DNA of 64,000 nt. It comes from Laetmonice hystrix (lineage: Eukaryota). Of the stretch, positions 25,281-36,987 are shown piece after piece. The notes under the pieces are model-generated. The model was not told where the DNA came from. It was given only the letters and a program-made list of their open reading frames with translations, and did no database searches. How positions within the stretch are numbered: position 1 is the stretch's first letter; every line of letters begins with the position of its first letter. Location: contig OZ249436.1 in NCBI GenBank assembly GCA_965235115.1, forward strand, positions 13,518,001-13,582,000. Reading direction: 5' to 3'. The translations under genes were made by a program, and so were the position numbers.

Positions 25281-27641
25281 GAGGTCAAAAACTAGACTCA
25301 AACTTAGTTCTCAGTTTTCTTTGCCCCAAATCCCTCAAAATGTCTATGAAACACGGAAAACGTCTAAATTTCCATGAATCCATGACAACTCACCTCATAA
25401 TAAAACATCTCTGGCTCCCTAGCAATAAGGGGGATCTGTAATCGTTTGGCCAGCTTGACCTTTTAAATATATTCCACCCCTGACATGGGTCACGAGCGAA
25501 ACCGTTTTTACTTCAATGATGTAATGCAACCTGTACCAATTCACTGCGAGACCAATTGTGAAATCTAGTGCAAATACTTGGCTTGCATAGAGATAGGTCT
25601 TCAGAATTTAAGATCTGGCGAGTTAACATTTGAAGTTTTTATCATAGACGGAGTCTATGGCATTGGGAACTTTTTGAGTCAGAACACATGTATCCCACCC
25701 AGTTCTGATGCCCCAGTGTCTACAATCTTACAGCTCTGTCTCATTTCTTAGAAACTTGTTGATAATACGTCTTTCTAATTGTTGACATGATGCTGAACCA
25801 TCATTCCTCAAAAGAGAATGGCAAAGGAAGGAAAAAGAAATACTGAATTATTATTTTTGAAGAAGAGGGCCATAACGGCACATTCCCTGCTGGGCATGTT
25901 TACCTTTCGGAGGTAATCATAATGGAAAGCAAGTGCTAATGACAGCGTGGGGTGGGTGTGTAGGTGTGGGGTGGCATTGGCAGTGAAGGTAGGGATCTGT
26001 GTTGTATTTTATTAACTTGAATGAAAGAGTGCCTGGTCCTAATATGGGGCCCATCAACTACGTAAGTTTGTCATGGACATAGGTTAGATGCAGACTCTTT
26101 AGTCATAGATTTCTAATCAACGTCACATTCTAATCTTAGTCTTATGCACTTTTTTTAGCTGTTCACACAGAACCCAAATATTGGGTAGAACTTAACTGAT
26201 AATGATATTTGGGTTGCAAATATCTGTGTGAATGAGCCATTCCATATGAGTTAGTTCAGCTAGCTAATACTTTTGTTTGAACGCCTAGGCGGTATATCAG
26301 TGCTGCTTCTGGGAATTTTGAAAAAGGGGCCTTCCCAGGGTTGGCATTTGGAGTTCGAGCTCGGGCGACTAGTCATTCACAGAACACATGCCCGGTTGGC
26401 GAGTAGCATATTCTGGGGATAGGCCTACGTTTCCATCATGTGGGAGCCCTAGTAATTTTTCATCTGGGCTAGTTGATTTTTTACTTTACTAGACTGGCTG
26501 GCTAGTTCCTACAAACTTTAATTTCCACCCCTGGATCCCCCACTCACTTTAAAAAAATGCGCCCATCAGAAGGTTCTGTGGGCCAAGTTTGATGCATCAA
26601 TTTCAGGGGAAAACACCCTTTCAATGCCTACTTTTGCATTACTATTTTAAGTGAAGCTGTTTTATCAATTACCACTATATTATAGCAATTACAGGAACAA
26701 TCTTTTATTTAAAAATTGATTACATGTAATATTCTCTTATTCCCCTTCCTAGTCAAGGTAACAAAAGACGAACCACTAGTGGAAGTCAGTGCTTTTCTGT
26801 ACATTTTTGGATAGCTGGCCCAAAGTCAAAGTCTTCAAGTTAAAAAAACCCACAAAAACCTGTAGTTAGGTTGAATAGTTCTATTTCTGTCCTTAACTTT
26901 AAAATTTATTTTGCATAGCTGGCCCAAAATCAAAGTCTTCAAGGCAAAAACCCACAAGAACTGTAAGATTGAACAATTCAATATATTTATAAATTATTTT
27001 GTCCTTTTTTCGTTTCCATTTTTTTATGGCTGGCCCAGAGTCAAACTCACAAAGTGATCCCCTTCAATTTTAATGGTCATAAGCCTGATAAGGACATTCA
27101 TTTTCATATGATGCTCTTTCAAGCACTTTCTTCTGGCTGTCTTTATTCCACTGGTCAACTGAAAGTGAAACTAGTGAAAGGCACACCTCAGCCAGGCTCT
27201 TCATAAAATCTGCACCAGCATCAACTGGATTGTGCAACATGTGGCCCCATGTCGACTTTTAAGTTTTATTGCTCCAAAAATTGTTGGCAATCCCACACTC
27301 TAGAAGCAGCACTGGTATATTATTGTCCAGAGATCACAAAATTGGCCAGCTAGAACAGTAGCTAACTGGGCTTATTCTGCCTGAACACAGTCAGTAGTTG
27401 GGACTAATTTAAAATCCTTTTTTTTTTTTTACTAACTTACTATTCTAGATCTAGTAATAATTTATAGCGAGCGCAAGCGAGCCGCGCAGCGAGCTCTATG
27501 ATTAACACGTGTGAAAGGGTTGCCAAGGTGACACATACCGTCTCACCAAAAAATTTCGTCACGTGGAACCGGAAAAACCATGGAGCAAATCCATGGAGAA
27601 ATCCATGGAGGGTCATGTGACCCTTTCAGAGCGTGTGTGAT

Positions 27642-27699
27642 TTGTGACGTCACAGTGAACAAACAGTCGCGTGAGTGTTTGTTCACTGTGACGCCACAA
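27642..27699. other. Near-perfect 58-bp palindrome / hairpin
   Basis: ttgtgacgtcacagtgaacaaacagtc-gcgt-gagtgtttgttcactgtgacgccacaa. Contains a TGACGTCA (CRE-type) site. Confidence 0.8.
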
Positions 27700-28859
27700 T
27701 ATCCCGACGTCCGTGCTGCTAAGTGACCAGTCCTGACATTGTATATTGTTATAGTAGGCCTGCTAGGCCTATATATTGTAGGCCTCCCGTCGCTGCGCTC
27801 GCCCTCTAGGTAGCACCTACATCATATTAGGCTTCAGCAATACCGGTATGCATCAAGGTATGCTATCGACGATGTCACAACTTCACAAGTAAAGTGGCTA
27901 AAGTGGCTTAGAGTCTAGTTTAAGTTAGTGAACATTAGGCCTACTGAATACTGTCATGACTGTGTTACTGCTGACGTGTGTTAGTGTCACTGTTAGGTCT
28001 ACTGTTAAGTGTTATGCTCTAGATCTATTGCGTCAAGACACAGAGGAGATAGTCATAGAGAAATTAACGTTGTCCCTCTCGATATTGCTCTAAATTAAAA
28101 AGTACGCAGTTTAAGTTATATAAGTTCAATGCAAAAGTTAAAATGTAACATTTACCGCCTCTCGAAGTACTGCTCCGACATTATTATTGTTTACATGGTA
28201 TCGAAGGAATAACTAGGATTTTCGCGCGAGTACCAAGTTATTTGAGTCCCAATATTTTGGTCACACTCCCGATAAAAAATTGGAAAGTTTCAATGATTGA
28301 GTACCAGTAAAATTAAATGGTGAATCCTTTAAAATATTAACAGCCGAGATAGAGAAAATGTGATATATGCTAAAATGACAAGATTAGATAGATCTATAAC
28401 GCGTCCGAGAACTGCAGTCTCGTCGAAACATCAACGGGGCAAGATGTAGGTCCCGGGATAATAATTCAACCAAAATATAGGCAAGTCGTTGGTAGTTCGA
28501 AAGTTGATGGTGCGAATAATTTATTATAATGTTAAAAAAATTTAATAATTATAGTACATAAATTATAGCCCGAAATCTTCGAGCATTCTCGTTAATATTT
28601 TCAATTAATGTGGCCTATTTAGCTAAATATTGACGTGACACCTTAATCAGTGTAACATTGACGTCTTTCACTTTCAGGGGATTTTCATTTCTTTGCTGTT
28701 CTGAGGACCAAAAACTACAGAAAGCGGCATGTAAGCAGTATATGGATAGAATCAACTCTTTCTTTTCCTTTTATTGTAAATCAGTTGATAATCAAAGTAA
28801 GCCTATCGTATTATAGGGGCCGTACCAAGCCCAAACCAAGGTCCAAGCTGTCCAACTCC

Positions 28860-29596
28860 TACTCCAACAAGTCAGAGTCCTAGTCCTTACGTCCATACGG
28901 ACTCTGACCGTCGAGTACAAATGCGCCAGCGACTGCTATGCTGCCGGGGTTCTATCTCGGTCCTATCGCGCATGATCGCCTCAAAGTCATGTTTCAGACC
29001 ACTTTTGGCACTGAAACTTGCTGAGAGTACACAAAAGAGGTTACTTCAACAGATACGTAGATGTATTTTGTTGGATGTTATCTTAGTAGGTGAAATTCTC
29101 AGCTTGTTTGGTCAAATTCAGCGCAGCGCGGGTGACGAGCGGTGACCCAGTTTATCGGGTGTGCGTATTTTCGACTCCTACAGTTGATCCGAAACGGACC
29201 GCATAAGTAGGTCGCGCTCTGTTCAAGCAGACGCTGACGGCACAGAGTGAAGCTACGCGTTTCGGGTACCAGTAGCGATCTAACTTTTATCAGTTCCCGG
29301 TCACTCGGTGCACCGCAGATGGCTGACGGAGCTACGGACCCGACATGCTCCTAAACAACCGGACCGTGTGGACGTTATATTTGTCCAATAATTATAATCA
29401 AGGTCGGAATAGAAATTTCAATACCGTGGCTCTCTATAAAAATCGATTTCATACTCCGTGGATGAAGTTTAGTACCAAAACGAAGGCCGCAAAGTTGCGA
29501 TAACGGACCTCTTCGCAGAGCGTCCGAGAGTCGCTAGGCCAGCGTCACTCAACAACTAAACGGTGTTCTGGAAGACACCGTTTAGAAACTGAACTA
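28860..29596. mobile_element. Non-autonomous element 'B', copy 1: TA termini, subterminal hairpins, 9-bp TSD
   Basis: TCCAACTCC at 28851-28859 and 29597-29605. 5' hairpin gtcagagtcc/ggactctgac, 3' hairpin ctaaacggtgt/acaccgtttag. Homologous copy at 30515-32327. Confidence 0.85.
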
Positions 29597-29672
29597 TCCA
29601 ACTCCAAGCGGCGGTCTCGCTCGAAATCGGCCGCCGCTCGAAATCCTACGGACGAGCGGGCGTAGCACGCAG

Positions 29673-30427
29673 GGGTAACACGACATGTCCGCCCGTAGCC
29701 ATGTCCGCCCGGTCATATCCGCCCCCGGGATGTAGGCCCGAGCCCCGGTCATGTCCCCCTGGCTTCATCATGTCCGGTGTCGCGGTCTGTTTTCTCCGCG
29801 GTCTGAAATCTCCGGGAGATTAGCTGCAGAGTCGTGTGTATTTGTATCGTTCTCGGTAAACTATCCGAAATATCAGGTCAGGATGGAGTCTCACGTAATA
29901 ACCCTTTTCTTCTCCGTCAGTTTTGGTCCACAATTTGCCTATCCAGGCTGTCGTTTATTATTTTTTGGAAGAAAAATCCATTGCCCATCAGCTAGCAGAC
30001 GACCGGAGGTGTGAGCCCAAACTGTGACACGCGCGTGCTCACTTGGTCAGGTTCGGCCTCTAAACAATAGGAAACCAGTCACTCGGAGATTGCAGACCTG
30101 CGGAGAAAACAGACTGCGACACCGGCCCTCGCTGCTCCGCTCAAGAGGCGCCCAGCAAGGGACACGTTACCTACGAGGTGGCTGTCATTTGTTGGGCACT
30201 TAGCGATTACAATAGTTGATTTAGAGTTGTTGATACACTCCTCTAACTCAGTAGACTGTCCTAGTAGTCACGTTGACGGCTTTTCCCGGGACCTCCACGG
30301 GCGGCAGGGTGGGCAGAGTCGAGTGTCTATCACAGAGTGACAGAGGCACGGCGGGCGGGAGGGCATAGTACCGAGGGGCGGACATGACCGGGCGGACATG
30401 GCGACGGGCGGACATGTCGTGTATTCC
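29673..30427. mobile_element. Nested TIR element 'E' (CATGTCCGCCC subterminal repeats)
   Basis: acacgacatgtccgcccg...catgtccgcccggtcat / atgaccgggcggacatg...cgggcggacatgtcgtgt. (C)ACGCAG(G) direct repeat on both flanks. Confidence 0.8.
29774..30125. mobile_element. Nested MITE 'F' inside E
   Basis: ccggtgtcgcggtctgttttctccgc / gcggagaaaacagactgcgacaccgg TIR. A related solo end lies at 32678-32712. Confidence 0.7.
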
Positions 30428-30557
30428 ACGCAGGCAGCTCCGCCGGCGTAGCTGCCCGCGGAACTAAACCACCACTAACCCTAGGCCTAACCTAAACCTT
30501 AACCCTACTAACACTACTCCAACAAGTCAGAGTCCTAGGCCATACAGACTCTGAGTT

Positions 30558-31306
30558 GAGTTACAGTCAGAACGTCCACGAGTCAGAACGTCTACGGTGC
30601 CACCGAGTCAGAACGTCCATGCAACATGGTCAGAACGTCCATACTACTTTGCAACTCACACATCGACATTTCCTTTCTGCCAATGTCATTGAATGTGCCT
30701 TTTGGGGGGCCCTGGCCTAGATGATAGTCGTAACTATTACCGTACTAGATTTGCTGGTAGCTAAGCGGTGGGTCTTTTTCACGAAACCGAGCGTTGAAGT
30801 TTAACACATCTCTGAGTAGGGTACTGGCGTAGCCTAATGCGTTTCGGGTCGCCACAGGCCTCGACCAACTGTTATGTCCAGTAAAGATGATCAAACTCAA
30901 CAACTCCCCCAAAACCAACCAACCTATTCACCCTCATGTGCCTCTGTATCATTAAAGTTTACCCCGTTGCCGACTGATGGGTCTGACATGGCCGCTAGCT
31001 GTCTGGGGTGCTGAAGGGAAGAGAGAAAAGTAACGCTCGGTTTCGTGAAAAAGACCTAGATCTACCTCCTTTTGACTGCTACAAAGTACAACTACAAGTC
31101 TAGATGGACTATACCCTATACTATATATATGGGCCCCATAATATAGTTCCTAAACTTCTTTTGAAACCAACTCCAATGTACGTGCTTGGACTGTGGTTGT
31201 GAGCCAAAAGCATGTACGTTGTGACCCGAAAGCGTGTACGTTGTGACCATTTTTAGACGTTGTGGCTCATGGATGTTGTGACTGGTGGACGTTCTGACTG
31301 GGACCC
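30558..31306. mobile_element. Nested MULE/MuDR-like MITE 'C' (9-bp TSD)
   Basis: TIR core cagtcagaacgtccac / gtggacgttctgactg. CTCTGAGTT duplicated at 30549-30557 and 31307-31315. G..C termini. Confidence 0.85.
30771..31056. mobile_element. Nested MITE 'D' inside C
   Basis: Perfect 25-bp TIR ggtctttttcacgaaaccgagcgtt / aacgctcggtttcgtgaaaaagacc. TSD unclear. Confidence 0.7.
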
Positions 31307-31314
31307 CTCTGAGT

Positions 31315-31636
31315 TAGCCTACGTAGTAAGCCTTGCCACGCTAGCAAGGCTTACAGGCAGTCAATGTAAATTCCTTGCGGGTCATGATTACACACCTGCC
31401 ACACCACCACCGCTTGCACTGATCAACTCACCGCATCCATTTATCTCGACAGTAGGTGCGACAAGTCCTGAAGCAGTGTTTCTAAAAGTACAATGTCAAA
31501 TTTAAAATTCATGTCTAGATTATCGTCTACCAGCTGCCATTTTGCCTTTGATATCCCAGCATGCATCTCTCTGCTCGGAAATCCTGAACAGCGACCTTCG
31601 GCTCTGTACAGAGCACAGAGCCGAATTCTTTGGCTA
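31315..31636. mobile_element. Element 'G': TAGCC...GGCTA, subterminal hairpins, 9-bp TSD
   Basis: Absent from B copy 1. TSD actctgagt (30548-30556, displaced by C) / actttgagt (31637-31645). Hairpins gtaagccttgc/gcaaggcttac and ttcggctctgt/acagagccgaa. Confidence 0.75.
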
Positions 31637-32489
31637 ACTTTGAGTCTGACCGTCGAGTACAAATACACCAGCGACTGCTATCCTGCCGGGGTTCTATCTT
31701 GGTCCTATCGCGCATCATCGCCTCAAAGTCATGTTTCAAACCACTTTTGGTACTAAAACTTGCTGTGAGTACACAAAAGAGGTTACTTCAACAGATACGT
31801 AAATGTATTTTGTTGGATGTTATCTTAGTAGGTGAAATTCTCAGTTTGTTTGGTCAAATTCAGTGCAGCGCAGGCAACGAGCGGTGACCCAGTTTATCGG
31901 GTGTGCATATTTCCAACCTCTATAGTGGATCCGGAACGGACCACATAAGTAGGTCGCGCTACCTGGCACTGACAGCACAGAGTGAAGCAACCCGTTTCGG
32001 GTACTAATCCTGAGCGATCTAACTTTTGTCAGTTCCCGGTCACTCGGTGCACTGCAGATGGCTTACGGAGCCTACGGACCCGATTTGCTCGTAATCAACC
32101 AGACCGTGTGGACATTATATTTGCCCAATAATTACGATCAAGGTCAGAATAGCCAATCTATCACCTCTGCTCTCTGAAAATATCGATTTCATGCTCTGTG
32201 GAAGAAGTTTAGTGCCAAAACGAAGGCCGCAAAGTTGTGATAACGGACCTCTTCGCAAGAATCGCTGGGCAACCGTCACTTGACAACTAAACGGTGTTCT
32301 GGAAGACACCGTTTAGAAACTGAACTATACTAACACTAACCCTAGGCCTAACCTAAACCTTAACCCTACTAACACTAACCCTAGGCCTAACCTTAACCTT
32401 AACCAGTACGGCCGCCCCTAACATACGCGCGACCGATTTCGAGCGGCGGCCGATTTCGATAGACACCGTCCAAGGCAACCCCTGAGCCA

Positions 32490-32606
32490 GGGTGCGTTTC
32501 TCATCTATCGTTATCGGTTATCCTCTCGTTGTGCGTTAAAATCCCCATTGAAAATGCATTGGAGTTAATGATATGACAAGGTAACAACGTGATGAGAAAC
32601 GCACCC
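32490..32606. mobile_element. Harbinger-like MITE, copy 1
   Basis: gggtgcgtttctca / tgagaaacgcaccc TIR. Shares gtgcgttaaaatccccattgaaaat core with 46689-46795. Confidence 0.7.
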
Positions 32607-32822
32607 CTGCTGGCTGCCACCGGCAGTGCCACTGTGCCAGGGCCCAGGCCCAGGGCAGGGCCAAGGCCATAGTGTAGCCGGTGTCACGGTCTGTGTTCTC
32701 TGCGGTCTGAAAAAAAACAGCACGCCTAACGTTAGCCTATAAAAAGTTGATCTAGGTGAGCTGTTTTTGTTTAGCTGTGAGCTGTTTTAATGTTTAAGCA
32801 CAATTTCCTGTATTTTAACAGC

Positions 32823-35400
32823 ATGCCGAAGAAATTCAAAGGGGAGAATTCTAAAGCTGCTGAAGCTAGGGCCCGGAAACAGTCTGCTAAGCAAGCCGAG
32901 GATGCCAAAAAACAAAAGGAAGCCGAAGATGCATACTGGGCAGATACTGATAAACATGTTAATGCTAAGCTTCAGAGAAAGGTACGGTACCAGTAAACAT
33001 GACAAAAATAAAGCTGTACTTACCACAGAAAAAATATATCTAAGAATGTGTAGAAAAGTAGCGTCTCTCACAGCCCAGGGATCAGGCTGAGTGTGCCATG
33101 AGTGTCATATTGTGGCCTAACCTGGTCCCTGCGTACCACTGAATTGTGATATTACACGATGATGTTGTGCTCCAAGTTTGGCATGGGGAAGAAAATATAG
33201 GTAAAGACGGCACACATTTTGTTTTGAGCTAGATAAGCTACAATCGCTAATCATTACAATTCGGAAGTTGATTAGCAAAGTTTTGCTAATAGTGTAAATA
33301 CAATATAGTAACATGATTCAAGTTCAAAACTTTTATTTGAGATCCTGAATGAGTGATTGGTGGCTTGAAGTTGTGTCCTTATCTGAGGTCATCTTCACAG
33401 GGAGAGCACCCAAAGGATAGCCACAGGGGAGATTTGGAACATGTGGTCAGGAAGAAAGTTTCCTGGAATTGCTGAGCTCCTCCTAGATCTGCCCCCCTTT
33501 GCCAAGCTTACCACATGTAACTTCCTACTGGACAAAACATGCATAGCCACAAAATAGCCAGAACATTTTCTTTGCTTTCAAAACATCTTTTGAAGAAACT
33601 TTAGAGAGGACTCTTCACTCAGTGTTTCATATGCATGATAGGATTGCCCACAAAACCCCCGCCCTCACTTTTAAAGCCATCACATTCACAGATACAAGAA
33701 CCACGAGGTTTTTCACCGACTGAGCAGACTGGTACCCTTGCAGTTATTTCCCAATGGTAACTTCCAGACAAAATTTTTGGGTAGGTGTTCAGGTTATAGT
33801 CAGGGATAGGGATATGTTTTTGGGGGTGTAGGGACCAGGGTTAGGAGTTAGGGATAAGGTCAGGGATATGGATCTTTACTTAGAACTGACCATATTTCGT
33901 GATTTTTTAGTTACCATGGGAATTGTGAGTGTAGTGACCCCTGGTGGCATGTGGGGGGAACTATCCTGTAGTCTGGCTCTGTGGGTTGGGAGGGTAGCGT
34001 TTGGATAGATGGCGGCATCCCTAACTTTGAGGTGAAACTCCATGGGGAAAAAATGCGGCAATTAGTAATCAAAATTTTTAAAACAAAGTGTGTGCTGACA
34101 AATGTAAAATTATTTTTTAACCATTGCAAAACTAACCCAAATTAGCTTTATTAAATCGATCTTTAGACAAGAATTAATGATAAACAAGTGTTTTTTTGCA
34201 TCAGGAAGAGAGAGAGCGCAAACAGCGTGAGGCCCAGCAGCGTAAACAGGAGCTTGCCCAGCTGTATGAAGAAGAAATGGCTTCAACCAAGGTTAAAGTC
34301 AAGGCTCCGCCACCACCTAAACTGACCGTAGCGCAGATTCAGATGGATCGCGAGAAGAAGACAGTAGCAGGTCTGTTTATAGATCCACATTGGATGTCTT
34401 GAATTACTTCACAAAGTTTTTAGTTTTAATCAAAGTTCAAACTACACCCTAAAGTTCAACTTTTTATGCAAAATGTTTGTACAGTGATGTAAAATTTATT
34501 GAAGGAAAAGTTATGTATATTTTCTCTGGGATGAAGTGTAACTGTTTAACTGTCGTCTCATGGACTGCTGCTGGATGACTGATAATTGCAGGAATGCGAT
34601 TTTTAAAAGTTGGATAAAGTATTCTGATGTTGCACCTTCAATTTATACTTTTCTTAAATGTGTCTTCATCGTTTTATTAGCTGCAGCTGCAAAGAAGGAG
34701 GAAAATATCCCAGTAAACGAACTTCCATTGGAGGAGAATATCAATAGAGAGGAGGTGGCTAACGAGGCCCGCAGTGTGGAGGAGGCAATCTCTGTGCTGA
34801 GGTATGCAGAACACCTGATGGGGAGGGGGGGGGGGGGGGGGGTCTTCCTGCACAATATAATCACAAATGGGTAGCCTGAACCATATGGGTAGCCATCAGT
34901 CTTTATGTGGTAAAAGTGTCATCCCATTTAGAAGTTCAGTTCTGCCATTCAGAAAAGTGGTGAGAGTGATGTGGAACATAAACCCCACGAAATTTCGTGG
35001 AAAGTAAAGATCCATGGCCCTGACCTTATCCCTAACCCCTAACCCCAGTCCCTACACCTCCCAAAAACATATCCCTATCCTATCCCTTTCCCTATCCCTG
35101 ACCTTAACCCTAACCCCTGCCCAAACATTTTGTGGAAAGTTATCATGGGGGAAGAACCCATCTGTCTAATCTCCACTGTATTTTATTTACAGCACTCATG
35201 ACCCTGCTGTTGACAAACATCCAGAAAAGAGGATGAAAGCTGCATATGCAGCATTTTCAGAAGTCCACCTTCCACGGCTAAAGGCTGAAAACCCGAACAT
35301 GAGACTGTCACAACTTAAGCAGATGCTGCACAAGGATTGGATGAAGTCTCCAGAGAATCCACTCAACCAGGCCCGTTTGCAAGCCCAGACGAAATCTTAA
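32823..35400 (+). CDS. CCDC124: Coiled-coil domain-containing protein 124 (Lso2/Oxs1 family ribosome-binding factor), 217 aa
   Basis: Exons 32823-32981, 34205-34370, 34681-34801, 35193-35400, all GT-AG and in phase. MPKKFKGENSKAAEARARK...EDAYWAD, LEENINR, EARSVEEAISVL and DKHPEKRMKAAY...LKAENPNMRLSQLKQML.KDWMKSPENPLNQ are hallmark CCDC124 motifs. Confidence 0.96.
33742..33925 (+). mobile_element. Interspersed repeat with telomere-like TTAGGG variants (CCDC124 intron, copy 1)
   Basis: gggatagggatatgtttttgggggtgtagggaccagggttaggagttagggataaggtcaggg...ggatctttact. Reverse-complement copy at 34985-35158. Confidence 0.7.
34985..35158 (-). mobile_element. Same repeat, inverted copy 2 (last CCDC124 intron)
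   Basis: agtaaagatcc...ccctgaccttatccctaacccctaaccccagtccctacacc...caaaaacatatccctatcc is the reverse complement of copy 1. Confidence 0.7.
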
Positions 35401-36640
35401 CAGAATAATTTGGTATTGGGAAAATTGAATTTCAGAAGTCAGGTGACCTTTAGATATAATTTACTGAGACTGTCTGATGAAGACCCTAAAAAGCATTCAC
35501 TACCTGGCTAAATATTGGGGAAAGTCGCTTCAAGGTGTTGTATCAACATGTTGAATCAGATCTAGATGCTGTGTCATTATACCCTGGGTTTGGCGTAAGG
35601 TGAGTAATGAATAAATGGATTGTTGTATTATTTACTAATATATTTATACTGATCAAGAATGAAAACCTGATTATTCTGAAGGACATTGCCATGATGATGT
35701 AAAGAAAAACCTGATTATGATCAGGATTTTGAATAGATCGGCTAGTACATTCTGTGTTGGAGATTATGAGAATAATGTTTTGAGGATGCTATCATGGAGA
35801 ACGAACAGTATGATAGAATACTGGCAAGATTGAAAACTTGGGTATTGGAGCATTTTACAAGTTCAATACTTTACATCAAAAGAAAGTTTAGTGTTTGAGA
35901 AAGGCGAGGATTGTCGTTGAGAGTCAGCCCTTCATCCCCGCCATTCACCTCGAGAAGGTACCTGTAGAGTTATATACTGCCATATAGTTATGTGCTTGTA
36001 TATATACATTGTACCATTTGCTAGGTTCGTTCGTGTTACAAATATTTCACTGTTGTGCTTATAGAAAGAATGTGAAAATGAAAAAAATACAAAATGCAAA
36101 TAAAAATGGACAGCCTGTCCAGAGCACATTTGAACTGTGACCTGAGCTTTCGTGTCTTGGCGTTTAAATGTACAAAGTATGTACGGATTATTCATTCTAC
36201 AAACGAGGTGAATTAAATAGGTTTTTATCAGTGCAGTGGCTCACGCATGACACAGTCTTTCTATGAATAAAATATTGTGCCAAAATCACACATACATTTT
36301 TATTACGAGTTCTTATTTTACCATTTAAAACGTAGGGGCTATAGTTCGGAGATAATGGAAGTAGGCTGAAAGTGACAACTAAACTACAAAACTAAACTAC
36401 AAAAACAAATGTACACTTGTATTTTGTGTCGCAGTCTTTTATTTCCTGCACATTACAAGGTATACAAGTTCCCCTTGTATTAAGATGACCAGACAAAATA
36501 CCCTCGTACTGTACATAATCATGGATTTGCTGTAAATATTTCTTGTGACTTAAAAATACTACTGATATGTTTCACGTAGGACGCAGGTCAGAGAGCCTAT
36601 TGTTCCTTACAAAATTAAGGAATATAACATTACCATATAG

Positions 36641-36857
36641 GACGCGTTAACACTGGTATATGAAAGTAACGATGGCAACTTGAGATCATCTGACTTCCAA
36701 CATGACACTTGGGCGGCTCAACAGCCTGTATGGGAAGCCATGGCATGGGGTCATGTGTACTACCACAATGGTTTACCGGAAGACTTGTTTGATGCAGTAC
36801 TGCTAGTGAAAGCACTACATTATGGCACTGAAGATGAACACATCACCTCTGGGAAAG
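36641..36857 (+). other. Possible orphan coding exon (DALTLVYESNDGNLRSSDFQHDTWAAQQPVWEAMAWGHVYYHNGLPEDLFDAVLLVKALHYG...)
   Basis: tatag| acceptor followed by ~72 open, protein-like codons. No partner exons identified. Confidence 0.25.
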
Positions 36858-36987
36858 TTTGGCAAAGTTACATTACACAACACAGCTCGACCAATTAGTT
36901 GGAATGTCCACAGGTACAGTATACACCATGGGGCCGTGGGATATTCTGGCCCCCATGGCGATACGCATATCGCCTTTGGACGGTGTT

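Larger units (their letters stand above)
30515..32327. mobile_element. Element 'B', copy 2, interrupted by elements C, D and G
   Basis: TACTAACAC TSD at 30506-30514 and 32328-32336. Body 31646-32327 aligns colinearly with 28904-29596. Confidence 0.85.
29609..32468. mobile_element. Outer TIR element 'A' with telomere-like (CCCTAA-variant) internal repeats, host of nested insertions
   Basis: TIR core tcgaaatcggccgccgctcgaaatc / gatttcgagcggcggccgatttcga. TCCAAG repeated at 29603-29608 and 32469-32474. ctaaccctaggcctaacctaaaccttaaccc array split between ~30476-30514 and ~32328-32403. Confidence 0.75.

Noticed and set aside
28921..31887. Duplicated ORF (…SKSCF.PLL.LKLA.STQKRLLQQIR.CILLDVILVGEILSLFGQIQ…) as a paralogous gene pair
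   Set aside because: Both copies lie inside element B. The similarity reflects the repeat and there is no recognisable domain.
30476..35120. CCCTAA/TTAGGG-like tracts as interstitial telomere or fusion site
   Set aside because: Short, degenerate and internal to TIR or interspersed elements.
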